A program made the position numbers and the translations under genes. A model generated the notes under the pieces. It did no database searches, was not told where the DNA came from, and saw nothing but the letters and a program-made list of their open reading frames with translations. Shown piece by piece: positions 36,947 through 48,760 of a stretch of DNA of 64,000 nucleotides; positions within the stretch are counted from its first letter, which is position 1; every line of letters starts with the position of its first letter. Origin of the DNA: Podarcis tiliguerta. Taxonomy: Eukaryota. The stretch is from the NCBI GenBank assembly GCA_965153285.1, contig OZ229115.1. The stretch is one strand, 5' to 3'.

Positions 36947-38750
36947 TTATTTATATCCCGCCCTCCCCAGCCGGAGCTGGGCTCAGAGCGGCTAACAACA
37001 ATAAAATAATACAGCATTCTAAAATCAATTCATTATAAAATCAGTTCAAATCAAATTAATGGCAACCATTGGGCTAGAGTTCTGTGAGGATTACCAAAGG
37101 AGGGGGTCAGGCTGTGCCTTGGCCAAAGGCCTGGTAGAACAGCTGTCTTGCAGGCCCTGCGGAAAGATGTCCGCAGGGCTCTAGTCTCTTGTGGCAGAGC
37201 CAGATCGGAGCCACAGCCGAAAAAGCCCTGGGTCTGGTTGAGGCCAGCCTAACCTCCATGTGGCCCGGGACCTCCAAGGTGTTTTTGTTTGAAGACCGTA
37301 AGGTCCTCCATGGGACATTCTAGGAGAGGCGGTCCCATAGGTACGAGGGTCCTAAGCCATAGAGGGCTTTAAAGGTTAAAACCAGCACCTTAAACCTGAT
37401 CCTGTACTCCACCTGGAGCCAGTGCAGCTGGTATAGCACTGGGTGAATGCAATATCGCAGCGAAGACCCTGTAAGAAGTCTTGCCGTGGCATTCTGCACC
37501 CGTTGGAGTTTCTGGGTCTGTCTCAAGGGCAGCCCCACATAGAGTGAGTTACAATAATCCAGTCTGGAGGTGACTGTCGCATGGATCACAGTGGCTAGGT
37601 CAGGGCGAGAGAGGTAAGGAGCCAACTGATTAGCTTGAAGGAGATGAAAAAAATGCCGCCTTTGTTATAGCTGCAATCTGCGCCTCCATGGAAAGGGAGG
37701 TGTCGAATATTACACCCAAACTTCACGGACAGTGCTGGCACTAATTGCACCCCCGCAAGAGATGAGAGTTGCCCCCCCAATCCCATATCCTCCCGACCCA
37801 GCCAAAAGACCTCTGTCTTCAAAGGATTTAACTTCAACCGGCACCCACGTCTCTCCCATCCAGCCACAGCTTCCAAACATCTGATCAGTGTGTCTGGGGC
37901 CGAGTCAGGATGGCCATCCATCAACAGATAGAGTTCGGTGTCATCAGCATACTGATGGCAGCCCAACCCAAAACTCCGGACAAGCCGGGCGAGGGGGCGC
38001 ATAAAGATGTTGAAAAGCATTGGGGAGAGAATCATACCCTGCGGCACTCCACACACCAAGGAGTGGCGCGACGACAGTCCCCGCCCCCAAGCACCACCCT
38101 CTGTCCCCAACCAGAGAGAAACGAGCGCAGCCATTGAAGGACTGTGCCCTGGATCCCCATGTCGGCGAGGTGGTGGTCCAGGAGTTCGTGATCGACCATG
38201 TCGAAGGCTGCTGACAGGTCTAAAAGAATCAGCAGCCCCGGCCCACCTCGATCCAGCTGCCTACGGAGATCATCTGTTAGGGCAACCAGAGCCATCTCGG
38301 TCCCATGACCAGAACGGAAGCCGGATTGGAATGGATCCAGGGCCGATGTTTCATCCAGAAACCCACCAAGCTGTTCAGCAACTGCTCTCTCAATCACCTT
38401 ACCCAGGAATGGAAGATTCGAAACTGGGCGGTAATTGGATAGATCTAAAGGATCTAATGATGTTTTCTTTAAGAGCGGGCGCACAACTGGCTCCTTCATT
38501 TCCCCTGGGAATGTCCTGGTGCCAAGGGACAAATTGATGATATCCCCTAGGAGGGGCCACACCTCGTCTGGACACACTCTAATCAGCCACGACAGGCACG
38601 TGTCAAGAGGACAGGGGGTGGGCTTTCCAGCTCGGAGGAGTCTGTCCACATCGGCTGGGGATATCCGGTCAAAGTGGTCCAATACTGGCCCTGAGGACAG
38701 TCGAGGGGCCTCCAGTTCCGTTATTGTATCCAAATTGGCAAGGAACTGAA
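36911..38750 (-). mobile_element. 5'-truncated L2 LINE with frameshifted reverse transcriptase
   Basis: ORF pieces give NYRPVSNLPFLGKVIER, QSGFRSGHGTE, LLDLSAAFD, GVPQG, YADD, SRLDYCN and RIRFKVLVLTFKAL, in three frames; (TTA)n tail. Confidence 0.95.
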
Positions 38751-39104
38751 CAGACATGGTGTTTCACTGCACACTAAAACAGGAGGGATAAAGTCTCTCC
38801 ACAGCCACCAATGGCCCCATTCTCCCAGGGGAAAGTGGTTGGAGGCTGCTTACCTCAAAGTGGGTGAAGCTGAAGCTCGCATCCCATTCTCACACACAGA
38901 AACCTGGTTCGCCTTTAGTTGACACAAAGCTCAGAAATACTAAGCAGACCGTGGAGGAAGAGAACCGTGTCCTTGTCCCCAGTCAAGGGCTAGTGCTGCG
39001 CAGCATGGAAATGCAACAAGGTCCCTCTGTCTAACCCACTGTTTTCATCTCCAGTTAGCTGATCCATGCCAGGACAAAGTTCTAAAAGGGATCTGCATAA
39101 CCTG

Positions 39105-39260
39105 CATAGCTCAGCTGGCTAGAGCATGGTGCTGATGACACCAAGGTTGCAGGTTCAACCCCAGTATGGGACAACTGCATATTCCCACATTGCAGGGGAC
39201 AGAGGGGGACGGGACTAGATGATCCTCAGGGTCTTTTTCCAACATTACAATTCTATGATC
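39105..39260 (+). mobile_element. tRNA-derived SINE with CR1-type tail
   Basis: atagctcagctggctagagc / ggttcaacccc boxes; ggactagatgatcc...ttctatgat tail. Confidence 0.75.
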
Positions 39261-40613
39261 CCATGGACCAGAACAGCCACCTGGGTGCTCAACCTCCATC
39301 AAGCTGCTTTATGCTCTAAGAAATACTCTGTTGCTGTTGCCAGTTTAATCATTTATTATTTTACTTGATGAACTAGCTTTAATCCCGTAAACCATTCTGC
39401 GATTTTAATGGTGCATAAATAAACTGAGTAGTAAGCCATTACAACCACCACCTAGGCTCCTCCTTAGACATGAAGCGATTGCTAATTTCCTTCCGGATGC
39501 AACTTCTTGCAATGCAATGAAAACCGCTCAGGTGAGTTGCCTGGCATTCAGAACTGGCTCTTCAGAGCATACAAAGAGCTTGGGTGATCATGGTGGGGGA
39601 AGAGTTTGAAAAGCTTCAGTGCACATCCAGAACACTTTGTGTGGCCCTTTGGATCCCAGCCAACACTCACAAATCCCGCTGTCAGAATGTATTATTTGTG
39701 TTTCCGCTATGCCATGGTTTCAAGCTTAATTTGATATTAGCCTCCCTCATTCTTTCACCTCCAGCTGTGATGGAATAATTGCACTTCAGTGGTCTCAAAT
39801 ATGCCTGATATTTTGACAGGTAGCTTCTTATCAGAAATCTTTTTAATTCTTAAGAAGCAGGGGGTTGTTAAGTGTAGACAATCTAACTTTAAAAAAAGAA
39901 GCAAAAAATGAAGCTACGTGGTTTTAGTAAAGTAAAAATGGGGACAGATGGTATTATTTTGAAAAATAATACCATGTCCACTTTGCAAATAGTTCTGGGA
40001 ACTACTGAGCTAGATAAACTATAATTGAAGAGAAGAGTTTTTACTTCAGCAGATAAGTTAGAACAATTTGGTTGAAAACCACTGGAATATCCCTGTCAAT
40101 CTGGAAGATTTAACTAACGGAGAAAAACAAAAACCCTCAGGATCAGTGATTCACGTTCCCTGGAAACACATGTCCATGGACTCAGACAACTGCTGGAAAA
40201 ATATTGACTAACAGGGTGAAGTAAAACAAAATTCAGTTGGAACAGCAATTGGCCTAGTAAGTTGCTTCCCCCCCCCCATTACATTTTCATGCCTCAACAA
40301 ACTTTGCCATTCTAGAGTAAGGTAGCATTACAGTTAGCCAACTCACCTGTGGGCAATAACAATTCCTTCCAGGCAAGTAACTCACCTAACCTGTCACTCA
40401 AGCTGCCTCTACGGTATGAGCAGGAAAACTGGTAACATTTCTGTGGGCTTTCTGTTATCTACCCACAGCACTGAAGCTAAGGGAGTCGGTTCCATTACGG
40501 AACTTGCAGAGGAAAAAGGCTCTTATCTAAGAATCAGCTCAAGTCTGAAAGCATCCACATGAAATAAATAAACAAGAAACACGGTTGAAAAGGTAAAGGC
40601 ACTCACTCAGGAG

Positions 40614-40645
40614 CACACACACACACATACACACACACACACACA
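40614..40645. repeat. (CA)n microsatellite
   Basis: Direct reading. Confidence 0.93.
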
Positions 40646-41218
40646 AACTTGCATCATAGTCCAGAGTCATAACGTTTTGCAATACGTGGCTGAGAAATCT
40701 ATCTGCCACAACCACATTCCATTACAGCTTCCTACTCTTAAGCGCAAGAGAGCATTCCAAAAGAAATTAATAGATAGAGTTACAGTTGCTGCATTTTTCT
40801 TTTCCAAATACACTGTCACGGGGGGGCGGGGGGCGGGGAGGGGGGGCGACGACTAGTAAAATGTAAGTTAAGCTACAAGTCAAAGATGGATTCCTTAGGG
40901 TCTCTTCAGGACCCTTTCAGATGCCCCAACATGGAGGCAATTTACAAAGGATTTACAAAGGATGCTGTGTCACCTTAAGCATAGGTTAAGGTCCCTGTCT
41001 AGGTGCCTTTTTTGCAATGGCATTAATTATTATTTTTCATTTCATTCATACACCGCTTTATATTCTAAAGGAAAAAAATCTCAAAGCGGTTTGCAACACA
41101 TTGGAACATCAAATAGAACAATACATAATAAAACCAATTCAGGCTTCAAGGAAAATATTTCAGATCCTTCTTTAAGTGGCATTTTGCTTTCACCCTATTT
41201 ATTTACCTGCTTGATTTA

Positions 41219-41444
41219 TACAGTGGTACCTCGGGTTAAGTACTTAATTCATTCTGAAGGTCCGTTCTTAACCTGAAACTGTTATTAACTTTGGCTAATG
41301 GGGCCTCCCGCTGCCGCCACAGCACGATTTCTGTTCTCATCCTGAAACAAAGTTCTTAACCTGAGGTACTATTTCTGGGTTAGCAGAGTCTGTAACCTGA
41401 AGCGTATGTAACCTGAAGCGTATGTAACCCGAGGTACCACTGTA
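41219..41444 (-). mobile_element. MITE family B (reverse)
   Basis: TIRs and TA TSD. Confidence 0.92.
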
Positions 41445-41475
41445 TAGCTGCCTCATAGCAGAATAACTCTAGGAA

Positions 41476-41678
41476 GGCAGTGCGGTGCAATGGTTAGTGT
41501 TGGACGAGGTCAGGGTTCAAATCCCCACTCAGTCGTGAAGCTTACAGGTTGACCCTGGTCCAGTCACAGCTTCTGAACCTACCTCACAGGGGTGTTGTAG
41601 GGATTAACTGGGGGGTGGGGTGGGGTTGAACCATGTACTCCTTGGAGAAAAAGGTAGGAATCTACATGCAGTAAATAA
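41476..41678 (+). mobile_element. Old MIR/Squam3A-like CORE SINE
   Basis: ggtgcaatggttag..gggttcaaatcccc..gttgaccctgg..aacctacctcacaggggtgttgtagggatta. Confidence 0.72.
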
Positions 41679-43109
41679 GCTGTTCAGCAGATCTGCTTAA
41701 GAAAGATGGAGGAACCAGCCAGATGAAGATGTCAGTCTCCAACCTCGCATCCAGAGATCTCCATCTCTCATCACAATTGGACCCGTGCCAGTTGCAAAAC
41801 GCACCTGGCGCCTGGCTAATTTCTAACACTGCTTGAGAAATCAGTGGGGTTTACTTTTGAGCAGGCGTGCATTTTAATACACTGTAAATGTGTTAAGCCC
41901 CTGAGCTAATTCTCAATCATTTGTTTAATTACAAAGCACAGGATCCATGTAACAAGTCCGGTTACCAGGAGCCCTGTGCAAGAAATTTTGCCCCCTCTCC
42001 TCCCCACACTTGCCCCCCCTCATTGGTTGGGGGAGCCAGGAGAGGAGGTGGGATCATTGTGTCTAGCAAGCTGAAATGCTTGCACTGGTGGAAAGTTGAA
42101 TTCCTCCCAAAATAAGGTAGTCAAATCGAGGTAATGAATATACATCATTTGTTGGTACATAAAAAGCAAAAATAAAAACATGGTCATGGGGGGGAGGGGA
42201 AGCAAGTGTGTACAACACACCAGAGATTAAGCCATTTCAGGGAGTGCCTATAATCTGTGGGGACACACATCTCAAAAGAAGCCTTGAAGCCATTTTCTTG
42301 AACTATAAAGCAAAAAAACCCAGATTTATAGCTTTCTAAAGGTCAGCTCATAAGTGTGTTATTATCAGTTTTGGAACTTGCCAGACTCCAATTCTGTAGC
42401 AAAAGATACAAAAATATCCAAGTATTATGAGCACACAGTGTAAATCCTTACACATGAAGCACTTGTTTTATAAGTAATGTTATGAGGCACAAAGTCTAGC
42501 CAGAAGAACAAATTCATAAAGTGCTTTTAAATCAAAAAACCCACACTAATCTACAACAGATATACAATAGCATATACTATTAGAAATACAGGTACAAATT
42601 GAAATTTGTCAGTTCTCATTGCAATCACACCCTAGACAGTTATTTAAAGACAAGCCAGGTTGAAAGCTTGTCTGCCACCACAATTCATGACATGTCTTCC
42701 TTTGCCATCAATGTTATCAAAATCTGCAATCCTTCAAATGTCTAATTCATCATTATTTGTGCAAACAGGAGCTGATCCTAATTCTCAGGTGCACAGTGGA
42801 TTTTTTCTTGTTCATCTCCCACAGAGTGTTGGAGCCGCGGAAGAGCCCCACGTTGGGCAAAAGAGAGCCCCATGTTTCAGGGGGTTGGACCAGATGACAC
42901 CCTGTGGTCCCTCCCAACTCCACAATTCTACGATTTTCATAGCAGGACTTGAGAAAAGCTATTACTTGTACATACTGGTTCTCTTCTTTACTCTGCTTTA
43001 GAGCTCCAATGCTGTCCCAGATACACATGCTGATCCCCATCATAAATTAATGAGACACACCTGCTAATGCAACTGTCTTCAGGGCTAAAGACTAAATATT
43101 ACCATGATA

Positions 43110-43487
43110 TACCGTATTTTTCGCCCTATAGGACGCACCGTCCCATAGGACGCACCTAGATTGGGGGGGGGGAAATAATGGGGGGGGATTTTGTCCCCCC
43201 CCCCGGCAGGGGGCTGGGGCGGGGGAAGCCCGAGCCCGCCGCCAGCCTCCAAACCAGGTTGGGAGACAACGGGATGGCGCGCTGCGCCTCCCCGCTGTCC
43301 CCCGAGCTTGCAGGGCTGGGGGTGGGGATCTCCTGAAGCCTGGAGAGCGAGAGGGGTCAGTGCGCACCGACCCCTCTCGCTCTCTAGGCTTCAGAGAAAG
43401 CCTGCATTCGCCCCTTAGGACGCACACACATTTCCCCTTCATTTTTGAAGGGGAAAAGGTGCGTCCTACAGGGCGAAAAATACGGTA
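43110..43487 (-). mobile_element. Tc2/pogo-like MITE family D without the tandem array
   Basis: Its reverse complement aligns with both flanks of the array in 11188-12063; TA TSD. Confidence 0.92.
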
Positions 43488-43705
43488 AATTAGATCAAAG
43501 ATGACATGTTTTGCCAGAAACCTCAATCTTTGGCCAGCACACAAGGGTTCAGTGGTTAATATGGGTGGAAAGTTTTTACTATAACTCCATTGTGCTGGAA
43601 CGTGGAAGAAGCAGGCTAGTAACCCAGGTGGTTCAAAAACTGTCACATGAGGCACAAGTATTTCCAGCTATGGTTGCTTCCAGCTAAGGCCAGTACTCCA
43701 TATTC

Positions 43706-43871
43706 TAGTACGCTCGGGTTGCAAACGTGATCCATGCAGGAAGCACATTCGCAACCCGCAGCGTTCGCAACTTCCTGCGGCCAATCGGAAGCCATGCCTT
43801 GGTTTCCGAACGTTTGGAAGTCGAACGGACTTCCAGAATGGATTCCGTTCGACTTCCAAGGTACCACTGTA
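43706..43871 (-). mobile_element. Partial or chimeric MITE (family A half joined to another end)
   Basis: ~43770-43871 matches family A; 43706-43770 is a different ctcgggttgcaaacg..ttcgcaacccg end. Confidence 0.7.
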
Positions 43872-44257
43872 CACAAAAGCAGCAGTGGCACTGGCAGCAG
43901 GAGAAATCTGCATTCGGCAGGTGATATGACAGATGGTAAACTCACCTAGCAGATTCGATACTGCTTTCTATTATAAAGGCTTCATTTACCCTGGCCTCTG
44001 GTACTTGAGGTATATATTTTCAGGACCCACCCTATTTTTTGTGATTGCTTAAGTTTTAAAACTGTTTCTAATGATGCGTTTTAAATTGTTGTGACCTAGC
44101 CTGGGACCATAACAGGTGAAGAATAGGTGATAAATAAAAATAATACAAGTGTAAATAAACGCCCATTTCTACTGGCTGTGCAGAAGAATGCTTTGTTGCA
44201 TTTGCATAAATATTTTTTATCTGGTTCCAATTAATACTGCTAATAGTAGTGCTACTT

Positions 44258-44927
44258 ATGATCGTCTTTCAAAGCAACTACAGTGGTACCTCGGGTTAAG
44301 TACTTCATTCATTCCAGAGGTCTGTACTTAACCTGAAACTGTTCTTAACCTGAAGCACCACTTTAGCCAATGGGGCCTCCTGCTGCTGCCGCGCTGCTGG
44401 AGCACAATTTCTGTTCTCATCCTGAAGCAAAGTTCTTAACCTGAAGCAATATTTCTGGGTTAACAGAGTCTGTAACCTGAAGTGTATGTAACCTGAAGTG
44501 TATGTAACCCGAGGTACCACTGTACTCTATTCCGAACTTAAAAATGGAAAGCGTAATGCTGGTGGTCAGCAAAAGAGGTTTAAAGACTGTCTCAAGGCAA
44601 ATCTTTAAAAAATGTAGTATAAACACTGGCAACTGGGAAACACTGGCCTGCGAGCGCTCCAGTTGGAGAACAGCCTTTATCAAAGGTGTCATGGGCTTTG
44701 AAGACACTCGAACTCAGGACACAAGGGAGAAACGTACTAAGAGGAAGGCACACTTGGCAAACCCTCACCGTGATCAACTCCTGCCCGGAAATCAATGTCC
44801 CCACTGTGGAAGAACGTGCGGATCCAGAACTGGCCTCCACAGTCACTCACAGACTCATTGTTAAATCCGTGTTTATGGAAGACAATCTTACACGGCTACG
44901 AATGATTGCCAAAGAAGAAGCAGCTGC
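44258..44927 (+). mobile_element. RTE-clade LINE 3' end (not Bov-B) with C-terminal C2H2-like motif, interrupted by a MITE
   Basis: DRLSKQL|LYSELKNGKRNAGGQQKRFKDCLKANL..WETLACERSSWR..CPHCGRTCGSRTGLHSHSQTHC*, then a (GAA)n tail; possible TSD TGCTACTT (44250-44257 / 44928-44935). Confidence 0.85.
44279..44524 (-). mobile_element. MITE family B (reverse) inserted into the RTE ORF
   Basis: TIRs and TA TSD. Confidence 0.93.
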
Positions 44928-45562
44928 TGCTACTTGCACTACTACCCAATAGCAATATATATTGACAGAGAAATGGCACACTTTTCCCTTCAGAAACTGT
45001 TACGACCCAGGAGGCATAGAACAAGACAGGACAGGGTTTTAGAAAGGAACATATCAGCGGATCATCTACACAGGTCAAAAGGGTCTGACAACCTGAAACA
45101 AATGGCACCAAGTCAACAGGAGGAACGGTAAGCATGGTTTTTTTTGGCAATTTAAAAGACATAGGCTTAGGTTTATTTCATACAGAAAGAAAGAGAAGGA
45201 ATAAATGTAGGCCCAACTTTAAGACTAAACCAAGTGTTTTAGAATGCACTGAAAGTTCAGGTTTTTTATTTGTGTCTTCAAAGGGTTTTCCAGGTCAGCT
45301 TTAAATCCAGAAAAACAAGAAAATGAGAAAACAATAAGAAAACCTGAAAAATCTGGTAAATGGCCTATTAAAGAACAAAAGTGTACATGTTTTGCACTGT
45401 TTCTTCTGAATAAAGCCTGCCACTATGTACTATACTGCAGTCAGGTACACACAAAGACACACATACGCATATTATGGCAGAATCCAATCAATCAGACTAA
45501 TCAACCAGAAGCAACTCCTATTGAGTTCATTGCAGATTTGCTTGCCATATTCTAAATGCTTA

Positions 45563-45907
45563 AAGGTAAAGGGACCCCTGACCATTAGGTCCAGTCGTGA
45601 CCGACTCTGGGGTTGCGGCGCTCATCTTGCTTTATTGGCAGAGAGAGCCGGCATACAGCTTCCGGGTCATGTGGCCAGCATGACTAAGCCGCTTCTGGCG
45701 AAGCAGCGCACAAAAACGGCGTTTACCTTCCTGCCAGAGCGGTACCTATTTATCTACTTGCACTTTGGCATGCTTTCAAACTGCTAGGTTGGCAGGAGCA
45801 GGGACCAAGCAACGGGAGCTCACCCTATTGCGGGGATTCGAACCGCCGACCTTCTGATTGGCAAGTCCTAGGCTCTGTGGTTTAACCCACAGCGCCACAC
45901 ACGTCCC
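45563..45907 (-). mobile_element. Sauria SINE with 12-bp TSD TCTAAATGCTTA
   Basis: TSD at 45551-45562 and 45908-45919. Confidence 0.94.
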
Positions 45908-46149
45908 TCTAAATGCTTAGCCTGATTCCTTTACCTATCCCTCAAAAAGAGGGGTTATGAACAGACACATTTAAAGCTTTATTGATGCTGCTCGCATACA
46001 CATAAAATATGTATTTTATTTTCAAACCAACAGGTTCGAAAACACTATAACCTGACATGACACCAACAGGCTATAAAATGTTAAGAAGCTTACTCTTCGG
46101 AAACATGAATTCCTTCTGTAGCTAATGTAGTTTCGTGAACAAATCCATG

Positions 46150-46394
46150 TACAGTCATCTCTTGGATCCCAAACGCCTTGCGACTCGAATGTTTTCGCTC
46201 CCGAACGCCGCAAACCCGGAAGTGAGTGTTCTGGTTTGTGAACGTTCTTTGGAACCCAAACATCTGACGTGGCTTCCGATTGGCTGCAGGAGTTTCCTGG
46301 AGCCAATCGGAAGCCGCACTTTGGTTTCTGAACATTTTGGAAGTCAAATGGACTTCTGGAACGGATTCTGTTCAACTTCCAAGGTACAACTATA
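46150..46394 (-). mobile_element. MITE family A (reverse)
   Basis: Reverse complement of 4250-4504. Confidence 0.88.
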
Positions 46395-47149
46395 CAGTAT
46401 TTCTGTGTTCTTATTTTGCTAATGGTGTGTATAAACACTTGATATAATACTAAATTTTGTAAAAATGCTTATTGGAATATAATGCAGATGGTGACGGGAA
46501 AATCTCTGTAGTCTACTGAAGCCAACATCAAAGTACCCCTTAAGCTAGAGCCAAGCATAACCACTGAATGACAGGGCTTGCTGATAGCCCATACACACAA
46601 CAAAAACCTATTTTTAATAGTCCTACGTCATTTTTATTAGTCAAAGACTGTCATGCACCAGCCACTATATGGTTCAGAATTGGGCTTCAAAGTTATTTCC
46701 CCAACCTCAAATGTTCACCATGAGCCTCCCTCCATTTATTGAACCAACAGAGGGAGTGCTCATCTGTACAACGGACCAGTGGCAGCTGGTGCCTTAGGCA
46801 CTATGTCATGTTGTTGGCTCCATCGAGCTATTTTTACCTTGGCTTTCCTACCCTTGTCACAAACAGCAAGCTCTAAGTAACGAGATCTTCAAGAAAGGAA
46901 ACTGCGTGCTCCTGAACAGCAAAACGAACCGCTTGCCTGCTTCTCGACCCACCCAAGGATTTGTCAGAAAGCACTGTAGTACTATGCACAAAATTTTCTG
47001 CACCAAGGAGCAGCGTCTTAGAATGTTAATATATGGGTTTCCCAGTGACTCAGACCTGCCTGCCTGACCTGCATCAACAATAAGACTGCAATTCCTCTGA
47101 CTTTAGCCCTAGAGTTCGAATGAACGCAAATAAAGACTAGATCTGCAAC

Positions 47150-48760
47150 TTGTCTTCCAAACGGAGCTTGCAGCGCCCTCAGCAAAAGCCCCTCGCCTCG
47201 TCTTTTTTCGACTCCCCTCCCCCCCAGCACATCGCTTTCTCGTCCTAACCCTTCCCTAGTGGCCCAGTATTGTCTGAAACTCTTCAAGCAGGATCCAAGG
47301 CGCAGCTGACTCACACCAAAGGGAAGCAATCAAACCTGAAAGTCATTTTCACCTTTATTTTCTTAAGCGGTGGGGGGGGGGGAGAGAAGGGAGGGGAGGG
47401 GTTCGCTACATACACAAACTGCGCGCAGAGCCACCGGCTTATCTCACCAAGCCGTGCATTCAATGTGCCACTGCTGGCTTGTGTCCGAACACCTTTCCTT
47501 TGTTTAAGAAAGAAGACAGAGAAAGGGAGGGGGGGGGGGGGAGACCCTGCATGGCAAGTAAACCAGAGCAACCCACGCACCGCCCATAGAGGAGGAGGAG
47601 GAGGGGGGCGCCGATGCGGGGGTCTCACCCGCCTTTCACCGCTCCCAGGGTCCTGAAATGAGCGGCACCCCGCTTTACACGCCAGCAGGGGAGATTGGGG
47701 TGGAAGAGGAATAAGGGGGTCGCCTCCACCAAGAAAATCACAAATGAGGATTTCTGTGGTGTGTGTCCCCCTTGCCCAGCCCTCTGCTCGCCTATCCGGG
47801 GGAAATTCCCCGACCCCCCCCCCAAAAAAACCCCACTCGCCTCCCCTCAGACACATTACCCCCCTCGGGCGCTTCCCCACACCACTTGCTCCAACAAAGG
47901 CGCCCCGACCACCCGCGCGCATCCCCGGGCACGGCGCCTCCCCAAAGGAGCGGTCCCCCCCCCCCCAACGAAGCCGTCCTCCCTCTTTTTTCTTCCCTCC
48001 GAGCGTGGACCCGACCCCCCCCCCACCAGACACAATGAAAGGGCGGACTACTCACCCACAGCTCCGTGCCCCAGCTCATGGCGACTCCGCAGGCGGCGCA
48101 AAGCTCCGCCGCCGCTGGCGCTCCTTTGTGGCGCTTTTCGTCAGGGCGCTGCTGCGGCTTCGGCTGCTGCTGCTGCTGCCGCCGGAGAAGGCGCGACCCC
48201 CGCCGCCCCTCGTTTGTTGCCCCCGCGTCGCCCCCTCGAAAGAAGCACCGGGAGGGAAGGGGGTGGCAGTCTCGCTTCGGGCGCCTGGGAGACGGGCGGA
48301 GAGGTGGCGGCGGTAGCGGCAGCCGAAGGTTCAATCTCCAGCTCCGCCTTGCTTGGGGATGGGAATTGGGAGAGGAGGAGGAAGGAGGAGGAGGAAGGCG
48401 GGCAGCCGCGATGGAGGCTGGGAGAGGGGCGGGCTCGGCCACCGCCACCGCCGCTCCTCAGGGAGGCCCTGGGACAAGACGCGAGCCGAGGCTGCGGCTC
48501 CGTCGGGGGTGGCGAGGGCGGCACGCTTCCTGTTCCCGCCCGAGGGACGCGCCCTCCGCGCGCAAAGCAGCGCCGGGAGGAGGCGCGGCAGTCGGAGGTA
48601 AGAGGAGGCGGCTGCTGGGTCGCTTCAGGTGGCAGGTGAGCGCAGGCGAGGCGCGGATTGCGCTCCTCCTGCGAGCAAACCGCTCTTTGCGCCTAGGAAC
48701 TTCGCGCGCCAAGCAGCGCAGGTGGCAGGCTCTTCTGCAGCGAGGCCGACTGCTTGCACC
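47150..48760 (-). promoter_or_regulatory. CpG island: FNBP1L promoter, 5' UTR and start of intron 1
   Basis: Abrupt GC- and CpG-rich block around exon 1, with several GGGCGG boxes, long G/C runs and a short CAG/CGG triplet run (~48163-48183); no TATA box seen. Confidence 0.9.
48056..48079 (-). CDS. FNBP1L: FNBP1L (Toca-1) coding exon 1, MSWGTELW
   Basis: Minus strand reads GTCGCC-ATG AGC TGG GGC ACG GAG CTG TGG | GTGAGT. 24 nt, phase 0, inside a CpG island. Matches the FNBP1L N-terminus. Confidence 0.97.

Noticed and set aside
36911-38757. Functional reverse transcriptase gene or active L2
   Set aside because: 5'-truncated (no endonuclease) and split by at least two frameshifts.
35330-39180. 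tRNA genes (A/B boxes at ~35340-35398, ~36360-36437, ~36585-36630 and ~39105-39165)
   Set aside because: All are SINE heads followed by SINE bodies and tails; no complete cloverleaf.
38848-43950. Other strong minus-strand donors in intron 1 (~38851, ~40341, ~40380, ~43940) as alternative coding exons
   Set aside because: In-frame stops or the wrong phase relative to exon 2; no supporting start or acceptor. Non-coding use cannot be excluded.
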